Below are positions 53,245 through 64,000 of a DNA stretch of 64,000 bases, in pieces. The notes under the pieces were generated by a model, which was given only the letters and a program-made list of their open reading frames with translations, searched no databases and was not told the DNA's origin. This stretch comes from Candidatus Zhuqueibacterota bacterium (GTDB lineage Bacteria > Zhuqueibacterota > Zhuqueibacteria > Oceanimicrobiales > Oceanimicrobiaceae), in the NCBI GenBank assembly GCA_029262055.1, contig JAJDAD010000002.1, positions 66,791 to 130,790 on the forward strand, given 5' to 3'. Every line of letters starts with the position of its first letter. Within the stretch, counting starts at the first letter, position 1. Both the position numbers and the translations under genes were made by a program.

Positions 53245-54993
53245 ATGGGGGTATCTGATATGACCAAGGCACAGATCGACGAACCGATTGGGCAGAAACC
53301 TCTCCTGCTGTGGCCTGGCGTGGCCATCGTGGTACTGCAATGGCTGGTCAGGTTTGGCGTTCCTGTTGTTCTTCCTGAGGCCACTGCTTTCGGGATTTTT
53401 GGAGGACTCTTGGGTTGGCTGATGATTGTCGTGTGGTGGTTGTTTTTTAGCCGTGCGCTGAGGCTCGAACGTTGGGGCGCAGTTGCATTGATGCTCATCG
53501 CACTGGCCGCCACGCCGCTCATTCTTCACAGGTCGATTGCAACGGCAATGCGGGGATTGATTTTCGTCTTTTATGCCACCCCGGTCATGAGTCTTGCTTT
53601 TGTTCTTTGGGCGATTGCCAGCCCTCGCCTCGCTGACGGTCCGCGACGCGCGGCTCTGGTTGTGACCATGCTTCTTGCGAGTGGCGTGTGGGCTTTTCTG
53701 CGCATGGAAGGCATGGGCTTCGGCGGCGGCGCACAGTTCGCATGGCGATGGTCGGAGACGTCCGAGGAACGATTCCTGGCGGGAGCAGTCGATGAGGAGA
53801 TAGCGCTGCCGTCGAATCCGGAAACTATGGCGAGTCGAGCTGCGTGGCCCGGTTTTCTCGGCCGCAATCGTGACGGTATCATTACTGGCGTGTGGATAGA
53901 GACTGACTGGTCTGCATCGCCACCCGTCGAACTTTGGCGCCGCCCCGTCGGTCCGGGCTGGGCGTCCTTCACGGCTAACAGCGATCTGCTCTACACTCAG
54001 GAGCAGCACGGTGAGGACGAGGTCATCGCCTGCTACAACCTGGCCACCGGCAAGCCGGAGTGGAGACACAGTGATCGTACCCGGTTCTGGGAGGCGATTG
54101 GCGGCGCCGGTCCGCGCGGCACACCGACCCTCAGCAACGGCTTTGTATATACATTCGGTGCCACCGGAATCCTGAATGTTCTCGACGGTGGTGACGGCAG
54201 CGTCATCTGGTCGCGCAACGCGGCGTCGGACGCGGGGGCGAAGCTGCCGTACTGGGGTTTCGCAAGCTCACCGTTGCTGGTCGATGACGCCGTCATCATC
54301 GCCGCCTCCGGTTCGCTTGCTGCCTATGACCGTGCCACCGGCGAACCGCGCTGGTTCGCCCCAGCCGGCGGTGTGAGTTATAGTTCACCACATCTGTTGA
54401 CGATCGACGGAGTCACTCAGATCCTCATGCTGAACGGAACCGGTGTGACCAGCGTCGCGCCGACCGACGGCGCTCGGCTCTGGCAGCACGCATGGCCTGG
54501 GGAATCCATCCTGCAGCCGGCTCTGACCCGGGCCGGGGACATTCTGGTCAGCGTGGGCCAGGGCAGCGGCATACGCCGCCTCGCTGTCAGACAGGGCCCC
54601 GACGGCTGGACCACCGAAGAACGCTGGACATCGGCGCGGCTGAAGCCCTACTACAGCCAGTTTGTCGTCCACCAAGGGCATGCCTTCGGTTTTGACGGAA
54701 GCATCCTGGCGTGCATCGACCTGGAGGATGGTAAGCGCAAGTGGAAGGGCGGACGGTACGGGGCCGGCCAGCTCCTCCTTTTGACCGAGCAAGATTTACT
54801 GCTGGTGCTATCAGAGAGAGGTGAGTTGGCTTTGGTCTCGGCTGCCTCGGAGAAGTTCAAAGAGATCGCGCGGGTCCCGGGGATTGATGGCAAGACCTGG
54901 AACCACCCGGTGTTAGTCGGCGACGTCTTGCTGGTTCGCAATGGCCAGGAGATGGCCGCATTTCGGTTGTCCATGGTTGGCGGCCACCTGTAA
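53245..54993 (+). CDS. Membrane protein with PQQ-like beta-propeller repeats
   Basis: Several N-terminal TM helices; 'WPGFLGRNRDG', 'GPRGTP', 'WGFASSP', 'YSSP', 'KTWNHPV'. Confidence 0.8.
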   Translation: MGVSDMTKAQIDEPIGQKPLLLWPGVAIVVLQWLVRFGVPVVLPEATAFGIFGGLLGWLMIVVWWLFFSRALRLERWGAVALMLIALAATPLILHRSIATAMRGLIFVFYATPVMSLAFVLWAIASPRLADGPRRAALVVTMLLASGVWAFLRMEGMGFGGGAQFAWRWSETSEERFLAGAVDEEIALPSNPETMASRAAWPGFLGRNRDGIITGVWIETDWSASPPVELWRRPVGPGWASFTANSDLLYTQEQHGEDEVIACYNLATGKPEWRHSDRTRFWEAIGGAGPRGTPTLSNGFVYTFGATGILNVLDGGDGSVIWSRNAASDAGAKLPYWGFASSPLLVDDAVIIAASGSLAAYDRATGEPRWFAPAGGVSYSSPHLLTIDGVTQILMLNGTGVTSVAPTDGARLWQHAWPGESILQPALTRAGDILVSVGQGSGIRRLAVRQGPDGWTTEERWTSARLKPYYSQFVVHQGHAFGFDGSILACIDLEDGKRKWKGGRYGAGQLLLLTEQDLLLVLSERGELALVSAASEKFKEIARVPGIDGKTWNHPVLVGDVLLVRNGQEMAAFRLSMVGGHL

Positions 54994-55148
54994 TCCAGCA
55001 CACAATCAGATAAGAATACATCACTGCCTTCCGTTTTTGAGGTCGAGCTTATGCTGATTACGTCCGGTCATGAGGGACATTGGGCGCCGGCCCCGTGATC
55101 TGCCCGGTCGGCAAAACGACTGTTGGGAATGGGTGTTTGGCGGCTCAG

Positions 55149-55703
55149 TCAACCGGCATTGTCGTAAGCGGTTTGCAGCCATGCAATAACTTCTTCGTCA
55201 ATATCATTCACATTAGAGAGATTGATCTTGTGCGAACACATCGAGTTGGCTTTTGTTATTGCTTCGAGTTTTGACGTTGGTTCCTGACCTTTGAGATTCA
55301 GACCAATTTCAAACCTCGTTTTTGTTGCCGGTTGTAGAATGGCAAACTGTTTCTTCCGTCTCAGACTCACATAAGCCTTCTTTGGGGCTATCTCCACGTC
55401 CTTCCCGAATTGCCGGATTTCGGCGATCAGTTTTTCATAGAGTGCCTCAAAATGCTCCTTACCCTGATATTGTTTTGCTATGAGTTCATTCTTGTCCTCG
55501 ACAGAACCGGCGTCTGAGCTTCTTGCTTTGTGAGCAACCAGGTTGGCAAATCCGTACGTGAAAGCGTGCTCCGTTTTGAGAAATTTGATTATTTCTCCGT
55601 GCTTTTCAAAGTTCTCTCTTCTCACAATCGCGATCCACTGTTCCAGGGTCTTACCGGTGTTCTTGTGCAGATTTTCCACCATCGTTGTTTCTGCCGTTGT
55701 CAT
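55149..55703 (-). CDS. DUF4287/DUF5655-like protein
   Basis: 'NTGKTLEQW...LKTEH...GFAN' N-terminus and 'APKKAYVSLRRKKQFA...WLQTAY' C-terminus. Confidence 0.7.
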   Translation of the reverse strand: MTTAETTMVENLHKNTGKTLEQWIAIVRRENFEKHGEIIKFLKTEHAFTYGFANLVAHKARSSDAGSVEDKNELIAKQYQGKEHFEALYEKLIAEIRQFGKDVEIAPKKAYVSLRRKKQFAILQPATKTRFEIGLNLKGQEPTSKLEAITKANSMCSHKINLSNVNDIDEEVIAWLQTAYDNAG

Positions 55704-56125
55704 TTCGTCACCTTTCTTTTTAGTTTAACAGAGCAGAATTTGGCCATCTTTCCTTAAACGGCTGAGTCGCTTTTTGCATCCGGTCCGCGTGCAAGGGTTG
55801 TCAGACATTTTGGTTCGGTTCCCGGATCGATCCCTTGATCTCTCCGGGATAAAGGAGACTGAGAAAATTGCAGCACAAAGCGGTTGCTCAGCGCCGGCCA
55901 TTTCAGTAGATTAATGCAACTAGCTGCAACCCAATGCATACGTACCATCCCACTTGTGCCGACGATCGGACCAGCCAGGAAGAAGCGCCTTGTTCTTCAA
56001 AAGAAGCGCATTAGGTCGTCCGGGACCCGGCAATGCAGCGCAATAACAAGTCAAGCGGGAAGCGGGTTCCTGGATGCTGTCACCCGTGCAATTAATCTCT
56101 CCAAAGGAAGACTAAGGCCTGCACT

Positions 56126-56362
56126 ATGAGTAAACCACAACCCAAAAACCCACTGCACGGCAAGACCCTGGAACACATTGTGACAAGCCTGGTCGAGCAT
56201 TATGGCTGGCACGAATTGGGTATGCACATCAACATCCGTTGTTTCAATTTTGATCCGTCAGTGAAATCCAGCCTGAAGTTCTTGCGGAAAACCCCCTGGG
56301 CCCGGAAGAAAGTCGAGGACTTATTCATTGCCACGCAGAAAAATGTGGATGATGATGCCTGA
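56126..56362 (+). CDS. VF530 (DUF2132) family small DNA-binding protein
   Basis: '[17 protein letters not shown]...[28 protein letters not shown]'. Confidence 0.85.
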   Translation: MSKPQPKNPLHGKTLEHIVTSLVEHYGWHELGMHINIRCFNFDPSVKSSLKFLRKTPWARKKVEDLFIATQKNVDDDA

Positions 56363-56518
56363 GCGCAGATACTTCCGGACTACACCGCCGCCAACACCGC
56401 AACTGAGGACAATGACCCTGGCTGGATGACGCGGTGTCCTGGCTGAAGAAAGCCCGCAAGGGTCTATATCCGGTTAGAGATAACGGCCTGTATTTACAGT
56501 ACGTCGGATACTCGAGTT

Positions 56519-59500
56519 TTAACCCACCAATTCCGTCTCCAGCGGCCCTTCGGTTTTCTGCAATTCTGCTGCAATCCCACCGGTGCCTTCCTTTGAGAAA
56601 TAAGAATAGATCGCGGGAATCACAAAGAGCGTCAGGAAGCTGGCCAGAACCAGACCGCCAATCACCGCAATTCCCATCGACACCCGGCTCTCCGAGCCAG
56701 CGCCCAGCGCCAATGCGATTGGCAGAATGCCGAGGACCGTAGACAAACTGGTCATCAGGATGGGCCGGAAACGGGCAACCGAGGCGTCCAGAATGGCATC
56801 CATTGCGGACAGGCCCTGTTGCTTGCGCTGATTGGCAAACTCGACAATCAAGATTCCGTTTTTGGTCACCAGGCCGATGAGCATGATTTGGCCAATTTGG
56901 CTGAAAATATTGAGCGTCTGACCGAAGTACCACAGGGAAAACAGCGCGCCACCCAAGGCCAGCGGCACGGTAAACATAATAATGAACGGGTCGCGGAAAC
57001 TCTCGAATTGCGCTGCCAGAATCAAATAAATGAGCACGATTGCCAGCGCAAACGCAAACCCGAGGCTGGATGAACTGTCCTTGAAATCGCGTGCCTGGCC
57101 GGCAAGGTCAGTGGCGAAGGAGTCGTCCAGCACTTTTGCCGCGACTTCGTCCATTGCCTTAATGCCGTCGCCGATGGTCACGCCCTTCGCCATTGAGGCC
57201 CCGACCGTGGCAGAGACATACCGGTTAAAGCGGTAGCGCTGCGGCGGACTGCTCTCCTCCACCAGGTTAACCAGGTTGTCCAACTGGATGATTTCGCCCT
57301 GCTTGTTTTTAACGAAGAGCGACTTCAAGTCCAGCGGGTCGTTGCGATCTTCGCGGCCAACCTGTCCGATCACCTGGTACTGTTTTCCGTTCATGATAAA
57401 AAACCCGAAGCGCTGCCCGCTGAAAGCCAGTTGCATGGTCTGTGCGATATCAAGGGTTGACACACCCAGGGCGCGGGCACGCTCGCGGTCGATCTCGACG
57501 CGAATCTCAGGTTTGTTAAACTTCAGGTCGGCGTTGACAAACTGAAAATTCGGGTTCTGCCGGGCTTCTTCCAGGAACTTGGGCAGGACCTCTTTCAGTT
57601 TTTCAAAATTCGGCGCCTGCAAAACATATTGCAGCGGCAGTCCGAACGACCGTCGCCCGATGGATTCAAACTGCTTCACGAAAGACTGCGCCCCGCTCAA
57701 CTGCCCAAGCTCGCCGGTCAGTTGGTCGGCGACCGCCTGCTGCGACCGCTCTCTGTCGTCAGGATGCTTCAGGATCATGTACATAAAGCCTGAGTTCACC
57801 GAACTGGCAGCGCCAAAACCCGGCGACGTCAACGTTATGATGGCCTCCTTTTCCGGCACGGAGTTTACGGACGCGGAGATCAATTCATCCATGTAGCGAT
57901 CCATGTATTCGAAAGTGGCGCCCTCAGGCGCGGTCGAGAAAACCAGAAGGCCACTGCGGTCTTCAATGGGAGCCAACTCTGAAGACAGCATCTTGCCGAA
58001 GGCTACGATCGCGACACAGGAAACAGCGACAATCACAAAAGCCAGCCAGCGGCGCTGCATGAATGTTTCCAGAGATTTCTTGTAGTTGCCGGTGAGCCTG
58101 TTGAAGAATGGCTCGGTGCGCAGATAGAATTGACTGTGTTTCTGCTGCCGGCGCAACAGCCGGGTGCTGATCATCGGGGTGAGCGACAACGCGACAAACG
58201 AAGAAATCACCACGGCACCTGCCAGCACGATACCGAATTCCCGGAACAGCCGCCCGGTAAAGCCTTGCAGGAACATGATTGGCAGAAACACCGCGACCAG
58301 CGCCACGGTGGTGGCGATGACCGCAAAGTAAACCTCCTTGGCTCCCTTCAGACCTGCGGTGAAGCGATCCATGCCCTGTTCGATTTTTGCATAAATATTT
58401 TCCAGCATGACGATGGCGTCATCCACCACCAGTCCGATGGCGAGTACAATTCCGAGCAGCGTCAAAATGTTGATGGCAAAGCCAGCAATGTACATGATGA
58501 AGAAAGCGCCGATCAGGGATATCGGAATGGTGATGACCGGGATAATCGTCGTGCGCCAATCGCGCAGGAAAGCGAAGATGACGAGAACCACGAGGCCAAA
58601 GGCCACAAAAATGGTCTGAATTACTTCGAAAATCGCTGACCGAATATATTTTGTGGAGTCAAAGCCGAGGCCTAGCACGATGTCTTCCGGCAGATCTTTC
58701 TTGATCTGATCCACTCTTTTATAAAACTCATCAACGATGGCGATGTAGTTGGCGCCCGGTTGTGGGATGAGCACAACGCCCACCATCGGGGTACCGTCAC
58801 GCTTCAAAATCGTGCGGTAATTCTCCGGCCCTAATTCCGCACGGCCGATGTCGCGGAAGCGAACCACGATGCCGTCCGCGTCCTTAACCACCAGCTTGTT
58901 AAAATCTTCCACGGTTAGCAGGCGGCCCATGGTACGAACGGTTAGCTCCGTGTGCGTGCCTTCAATTCTGCCCGCCGGCAACTCCACATTTTCACGAGTC
59001 AGGGCGTCGCGCACATCCAACGGCGTCAGCTTGTAAGCCGCCAATTTCCCCGGATCGATCCAAAGCCGCATGGCGTAGCGTTTGGAGCCCCAGACCTGAA
59101 CATTGCTCACGTCCGGAATGGTCTGCAGCCGTTCCTTGAAATCATTGATCGCGATGTTCGAGATTTCGAGCAGATCGCGTCTGCTGCTGGAAATGTTCAG
59201 GAAGACAATCGGCACCGCGTTCGCGTCTGCTTTCGACACCACCGGGTTGTCGACATCAGGAGGCAGCCGGCGGATGGCCTGGGAGACTTTGTCGCGCACA
59301 TCGTTGGTGGCCGCTTCCAGATCGACACTCAGGTCGAATTCAACCGTGACCGTGCTCCGGCCCTCGCGGCTGACCGAGGAAATCGTGCGAATGCCGGCGA
59401 TGCCGCTTATCGACTCCTCCAGCGGCTCAGTGATCTGTGACTCGATGACGTCGGCATTCGCGCCGGTGTAATTGGTCACCGCCGTAACGATGGGCGGATC

Positions 59501-59620
59501 AACACTTGGAAACTCACGCACACCCAGATAGTTGAAGCCGATGGCACCGAACAGAACAATGGTGATCGACATTACAAGTGCCAACACGGGACGACTGATG
59601 GAAACTGCTGACAGACTCAT
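56519..59620 (-). CDS. RND efflux permease (AcrB/AcrD/AcrF family)
   Basis: 'SRPVLA', 'VREFPSVDPP', 'GLVVDDAIVMLENI', 'GLVTKNGILIVEFAN', 'RFRPILMT'. Confidence 0.93.
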   Translation of the reverse strand: MSLSAVSISRPVLALVMSITIVLFGAIGFNYLGVREFPSVDPPIVTAVTNYTGANADVIESQITEPLEESISGIAGIRTISSVSREGRSTVTVEFDLSVDLEAATNDVRDKVSQAIRRLPPDVDNPVVSKADANAVPIVFLNISSSRRDLLEISNIAINDFKERLQTIPDVSNVQVWGSKRYAMRLWIDPGKLAAYKLTPLDVRDALTRENVELPAGRIEGTHTELTVRTMGRLLTVEDFNKLVVKDADGIVVRFRDIGRAELGPENYRTILKRDGTPMVGVVLIPQPGANYIAIVDEFYKRVDQIKKDLPEDIVLGLGFDSTKYIRSAIFEVIQTIFVAFGLVVLVIFAFLRDWRTTIIPVITIPISLIGAFFIMYIAGFAINILTLLGIVLAIGLVVDDAIVMLENIYAKIEQGMDRFTAGLKGAKEVYFAVIATTVALVAVFLPIMFLQGFTGRLFREFGIVLAGAVVISSFVALSLTPMISTRLLRRQQKHSQFYLRTEPFFNRLTGNYKKSLETFMQRRWLAFVIVAVSCVAIVAFGKMLSSELAPIEDRSGLLVFSTAPEGATFEYMDRYMDELISASVNSVPEKEAIITLTSPGFGAASSVNSGFMYMILKHPDDRERSQQAVADQLTGELGQLSGAQSFVKQFESIGRRSFGLPLQYVLQAPNFEKLKEVLPKFLEEARQNPNFQFVNADLKFNKPEIRVEIDRERARALGVSTLDIAQTMQLAFSGQRFGFFIMNGKQYQVIGQVGREDRNDPLDLKSLFVKNKQGEIIQLDNLVNLVEESSPPQRYRFNRYVSATVGASMAKGVTIGDGIKAMDEVAAKVLDDSFATDLAGQARDFKDSSSSLGFAFALAIVLIYLILAAQFESFRDPFIIMFTVPLALGGALFSLWYFGQTLNIFSQIGQIMLIGLVTKNGILIVEFANQRKQQGLSAMDAILDASVARFRPILMTSLSTVLGILPIALALGAGSESRVSMGIAVIGGLVLASFLTLFVIPAIYSYFSKEGTGGIAAELQKTEGPLETELVG

Positions 59621-59660
59621 TTTATACCTCAGTTTGTGCCTGGCCCAAATACGGGCACGA

Positions 59661-60764
59661 CTATTCGACTTTGGTTACGGAGACAGCGGAACCCAGCCGC
59701 ACCTGCAGAATTCCCGTAGTCAGGACAGAATCTCCCGGCTGCACGCCTGCGGTGATTTGAATACTGGCTTCCGTTCGCAAACCGGTCTCAACCGGTTGCG
59801 GGGCTACTTTCCCATCTTTTAACAGGTAAATTCTCTGGCCATTGAGATATGGAATGATAGACTCGGTCGGCACCATTAACGCATCTTCGATCTCATCGAG
59901 CACGAGTTCTACTTCAACAAAAGAACCGGCCAAAATGCGTCCGCCCGGATTGGGGCTGAGCGCTCTCAGACGCGCTGTCCGCGTGACCGGGTCGACCTTG
60001 GGCTCGATGGCGTAGACTTCACCTTTGAAAACATCATCAGAGCCCTGGATCTTAAACGAAATCTCGTTGCCCTTGCTGACCTGTGCTACATATTTTCCGG
60101 GAATTGAAAAATCGACTTTCACCGGATCCGTGGCAAGCAGGTTCGCAATTCTGGTATTCGGGGACATGTAACTGCCCAGGCTGACATAGCGCAACCCGAT
60201 GGTCCCGTCGAACGGAGCGATAATTTCGGTCTTGGCCAATTGCGCGCTGATCAAATCGACTTCCGCCTTCTGGACGTTGAGTTCATTTAGGATAATATCG
60301 TAGTCTTGCTGGCTGATCGCGTCGATCTCGAACTGCTTGCGGCCTCGCTCTTCTTTCTGCTGCGCTAACTGTTTTTGAAACTCTGCCTTCTTTAGCCGGG
60401 CCTGCAGCTCTTCATCGTTGGAACGCAGGAGCAGTTGGCCCTGTTTTACGCGGCTTCCTTCTTCAAAGAAGATCGCAGTTACTTTTCCGGATATTTCGCT
60501 CTGCAGCTCGACTTCTTCGTTGGCCAGAACGGTTCCGGTGGTCAGGATTTTGTCCTGCAAGCGTCCGGGCTGCACGATCATGACCGAAACCGGGGTCGCA
60601 GGCGGCCGAAAAGCGGCCGCATCGTTGGGGCCCTTATCTACCGATTTTAACCTCGGAATGACAAAAGAGAGGATTATCGCCACTAAGACTGCTCCGAGGA
60701 TGAGTTTGCTCTTGGAAAAGTTCATGTTATTGTTGCCAAATCCCTTCGTGGTTATAGATGACAC
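59661..60764 (-). CDS. RND periplasmic adaptor (MFP) subunit
   Basis: 'SEISGKV..IFFEEGSRVKQGQLL', 'IIAPFDGTIG', 'VDPVTRT'. Start may be the downstream MNFSK ATG. Confidence 0.9.
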   Translation of the reverse strand: MSSITTKGFGNNNMNFSKSKLILGAVLVAIILSFVIPRLKSVDKGPNDAAAFRPPATPVSVMIVQPGRLQDKILTTGTVLANEEVELQSEISGKVTAIFFEEGSRVKQGQLLLRSNDEELQARLKKAEFQKQLAQQKEERGRKQFEIDAISQQDYDIILNELNVQKAEVDLISAQLAKTEIIAPFDGTIGLRYVSLGSYMSPNTRIANLLATDPVKVDFSIPGKYVAQVSKGNEISFKIQGSDDVFKGEVYAIEPKVDPVTRTARLRALSPNPGGRILAGSFVEVELVLDEIEDALMVPTESIIPYLNGQRIYLLKDGKVAPQPVETGLRTEASIQITAGVQPGDSVLTTGILQVRLGSAVSVTKVE

Positions 60765-60911
60765 GTGGTGAATTTCAAACTTAGGAAATTGTAGTTCAAA
60801 TGAAAACAGAAATCCACCAAAGGCACGCTTTGATGAGCAAATACCATCGGCGCTCTGACGACGCAGATTACTTAAGCGTGATGCCGCAGGTAGAATCTAC
60901 CCGGTCAATGA

Positions 60912-60999
60912 AGGATTCTTCGCGCCTAATGGCTTTCTTGACCCAGAAATCTGTCATTTCGCGTTCAGAATGACGTCAAGTTCGAAGTGGGAATGTTAG
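60912..60999. repeat. Degenerate right half of repeat family R1
   Basis: 'ggattcttcgc...ttcgcgttcagaatgacgtcaagttcgaagtgggaatgttag'. Confidence 0.6.
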
Positions 61000-61017
61000 T
61001 CATGCGCAGGCGATTTA

Positions 61018-61286
61018 CTAACATTTCTCACTTCAGAGATTGTAATTAATTATAGGTTCTTATGTAACTAACTAAGCAACCTCCACTCCTGGGAGGGGAC
61101 AGATTCTAACTCGTGCAGAGTTAGAATCAGGGGTGGGTCCGTGGTATGCGGCCAGGTGTAGCACCCTCCCCGGCTCAAAACGCTAAACGCGATTTGAACC
61201 TGCTCCTCCGCGCGCGTTGCGCGTTTGGAGGGGATTTACCTTCTGACATTGCTTCGGGTCAGCGGAAGGTAAGTGAGAAATGTGAG
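61018..61286. mobile_element. MITE-like element (family R2, copy 2) with 16-bp terminal inverted repeats
   Basis: ctaacatttctcactt (61018-61033) / aagtgagaaatgtgag (61271-61286), 15/16 complementary. Non-coding palindromic core matches about 23750-23910. Confidence 0.7.
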
Positions 61287-61416
61287 TGATTTATTCTTTT
61301 GATAATAACGAATGAGCCGCCGCGCGTTCGACAGGGCAGGCGACCTTTTCTTGTTTCATACGATGTTCGCCTTGATTATATTTCCTGAACCTATCCTTTT
61401 CACCTTTCGAGCCTGA

Positions 61417-62568
61417 ATGACACCCTTACGCGACCTCTTCTTGCTGCGTCCCGAAATAGTCTTTCTAAACCACGGGTCTTTTGGCGCCTGCCCCAAACCG
61501 GTTTTTGAGGTTTACCAGAATTGGCAGATCGAGCTTGAACGGGAACCGGTAGAGTTTCTTGGCCGGCGTTTTGCCGGCCTGATGCAGGAAGCCCGCGGTT
61601 CGTTGAGCGAGTTTTTAGGCACGCAGCGGGACAATCTGATATTTGTCCCCAACGCCACCACCGGACTTAACCTGGTTGCGCGCTCCTTGCCGTTGCAACC
61701 GGGCGATGAAGTTCTGGCCACAAACCAGGAATACGGCGCCATCGACCGGGTCTGGCAATTTATCTGTCAAAAGCGCGGTGGACGCTACGTGCGCCAGCCC
61801 TTAACTCTTCCGGTTCGATCCGCAGCCGAATTGGTCGACGAATTCTGGCAAGGTGTGACTGACCGGACCCGCGTCATTCTTCTCAGTCACATCACCTCGG
61901 TGACAGCCCTCATTTTGCCGATAGAAAAAATTATCGCGCGCGCAAAATCAGCGGGATTGCTGGTCGTGATCGACGGGGCGCATACCGCCGGCCAGTTGCC
62001 GCTCGACCTGGATTCCCTGTCTGTCGATTTCTACGCCGGTAACTGCCACAAGTGGATGATGGCCCCGAAAGGCGCCGGTTTTTTATACGTACATCCGGAC
62101 AGACAGTCTTTGATTTCACCGTTGGTGATCAGTTGGGGAGACAAATCCCTCGCTGATTCAGCCTATATCCAGGAAAACGAATACCAGGGCACGCTCGACA
62201 TTGCCGCCTATCTTACCATCTCGGATGTAATCTCTTTTATGAAAAATCACAACTGGCCGGCGGAACAGGAACGCTGTCACCGGCTGGTACGCCGGGCGCG
62301 CCTGCGCCTGGCCGAGATAACCGGCCTGGAGCCTCTCTGCCAGGACAGCGAGGTTTGGTTTCGGCAAATGCTGGCGCATCCCCTGCCAAACCTGGACGGC
62401 GAAAAGTTACACCAGAGGTTGTTCAATGAGTTCGGCATCGAAATACCCGTAAATGAGATTAACGGCGAACAGTTCATTCGCATCTCCGCGCAAGGGTACA
62501 ATTCAGACGCCGACGTCGACACCTTCCTGACGGCCTTCGAAAAACTCATTGCCGAGATGGTTCACTAA
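61417..62568 (+). CDS. Class V PLP-dependent aminotransferase (isopenicillin N epimerase / cysteine desulfhydrase-like)
   Basis: 'FLNHGSFGACP', 'NATTGLN', 'SHITS', 'IDGAH', 'GNCHKWMMAPKG'. Confidence 0.85.
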   Translation: MTPLRDLFLLRPEIVFLNHGSFGACPKPVFEVYQNWQIELEREPVEFLGRRFAGLMQEARGSLSEFLGTQRDNLIFVPNATTGLNLVARSLPLQPGDEVLATNQEYGAIDRVWQFICQKRGGRYVRQPLTLPVRSAAELVDEFWQGVTDRTRVILLSHITSVTALILPIEKIIARAKSAGLLVVIDGAHTAGQLPLDLDSLSVDFYAGNCHKWMMAPKGAGFLYVHPDRQSLISPLVISWGDKSLADSAYIQENEYQGTLDIAAYLTISDVISFMKNHNWPAEQERCHRLVRRARLRLAEITGLEPLCQDSEVWFRQMLAHPLPNLDGEKLHQRLFNEFGIEIPVNEINGEQFIRISAQGYNSDADVDTFLTAFEKLIAEMVH

Positions 62569-62582
62569 CCGGGAGAAACTCT

Positions 62583-63899
62583 GTGCAAAAGCTGCGACGG
62601 GATTTGTCTTTGTATGGTCTCACGATGGTGGCGGTCGGTTCCTGCATTGGCTCCGGCATCTTTCTGACCCCCTCACAGGTCGCAGCGCACCTGGGAACGC
62701 CGGGCCTGATTCTCTCCGCGTGGGCGCTTGGCGGGCTTATCGCCCTGACCGGCGCGCTCACCTTTGCCGAGCTGGGTGGCATGTACCCGCAGGCTGGCGG
62801 TGTTTACGTTTATCTCAAAGAAGCCTATGGGCCTGTTGCCGGTTTCATGTACGGCTGGGCCTATTTGACTGTGATTAACTCCGGCTCGCTGGCTGCATTG
62901 AGCCTGGCATTCACGTACTATGTTTCTTTTGTCATCCCGGTTTCCGCTGCAATGCAAACCCCATTTGCTGTTGCCACTATTGTCACAATTACACTGATGA
63001 ATATCTTTCGGGTCAAATTTTCGGAGTATTTTTCCAATGTGTTCACCGGCCTGAAGCTGATCGGCATCGCAGCAGTGGTCCTGATCGGCTTGTTTCTCGG
63101 CTCTCATGTCAACCTGACAGAGAGTGTCGCACCCATAACCACCACCTCCGGAAGTCTGGCCGGTGCCTTTGGACTGGCCATGGTCGGGGTCCTCTGGTCG
63201 TACGGCGGCTGGCAGCACGCCTCCTACCTGTCCGGAGAGGCCAGGGACGCAGGCAGAGCCATCCCGCGCGCCATGGTCCTCGGCGCTTTGATCGTGACCG
63301 TAGTCTATCTCCTGGTCAATCTGAGCTATATGTTTCTGCTGCCGGCCGCGGAAATCGCCCAGGCCCGCAGTCTGGCGGCGGATGCTGTCCAAACCGTCAT
63401 ACCGTGGGGCGGTAGTTTGGTGGCAATCATTATCGCCATTTCAACGCTTGGCACAGCTCTCATTTACATGTTTTCCGCGCCCAGGATTTACTTTGCCATG
63501 GCTGATGACGGTCTGTTCTTCAAGAAGATAGCGACGGTTCATCCCCGATACCGCACTCCGGTAAACGCCGTTCTGCTGCAATCATTCTGGGCAATCATAC
63601 TGCTGCTTTTGTGGGGCACTTTTGAGGAAGTCATCACCTACGTAACCTTCACGGATTGGATATTTTTTATGTTAGCTGCCTGCGCGGTCATCCTTTTCAG
63701 GTATAAACGAGAAGATGTCGTGCGACCCGTGCGGACTTTTGGCTACCCGCTGACGCCGCTCATTTTCATCACCACATCGTTTTTGTTTGTCATAAATACA
63801 CTGATTGAAAAACCGATCCAGGCCGGCGCCGGACTTGCGCTAATGTTGATCGGGTTGCTGGTTTACCGGTATTTTACGAGGGCTTCCCGAACAGCGTAG
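62583..63899 (+). CDS. APC family amino acid permease
   Basis: 'GSCIGSGIFLTP', 'AELGGMYPQAGGVY', 'WSYGGW', 'PRIYFAMADDGLFF'. Confidence 0.9.
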   Translation: MQKLRRDLSLYGLTMVAVGSCIGSGIFLTPSQVAAHLGTPGLILSAWALGGLIALTGALTFAELGGMYPQAGGVYVYLKEAYGPVAGFMYGWAYLTVINSGSLAALSLAFTYYVSFVIPVSAAMQTPFAVATIVTITLMNIFRVKFSEYFSNVFTGLKLIGIAAVVLIGLFLGSHVNLTESVAPITTTSGSLAGAFGLAMVGVLWSYGGWQHASYLSGEARDAGRAIPRAMVLGALIVTVVYLLVNLSYMFLLPAAEIAQARSLAADAVQTVIPWGGSLVAIIIAISTLGTALIYMFSAPRIYFAMADDGLFFKKIATVHPRYRTPVNAVLLQSFWAIILLLLWGTFEEVITYVTFTDWIFFMLAACAVILFRYKREDVVRPVRTFGYPLTPLIFITTSFLFVINTLIEKPIQAGAGLALMLIGLLVYRYFTRASRTA

Positions 63900-64000
63900 A
63901 TTTAGATCCCATGCTGTCAGGCTGAGAACTTTTCCTTGTTTCACATGCGAGGGCTGTTTACATTGTGACGGTCCCGCCACTTAAATTGATGAATAATGCC

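Overview
Bacterial chromosomal window, probably from an FCB-group lineage (inferred from a T9SS/FlgD-type 'YPNPFNP' C-terminal sorting domain). Most of it is housekeeping and transport genes: lacZ-like GH2, SNF2, EndoQ-UvrD, pabB/C, add, tolC, ptsH/ptsI, metK, ahcY, lspA and an RND pump. The main result is a complete diversity-generating retroelement (DGR) at about 36.6-41.4 kb in the order target-avd-TR-RT. Its 125-bp template repeat (40077-40201) differs from the variable repeat (39487-39611) at 17 positions, all of them TR adenines. The diversified target is a membrane-anchored NACHT (STAND/NLR-like) NTPase with a C-terminal FGE-sulfatase/C-type-lectin domain, making it a candidate hypermutable NLR-like sensor. 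Other accessory signals: an AT-rich SF1 helicase-nuclease gene followed by a group IIC intron DV-DVI remnant in an attC-like context; a GxxExxY gene bracketed by inverted repeats inside a nested tandem duplication; and two palindromic repeat families that share MITE-like termini. All calls come from manual motif reading, with no database searches.
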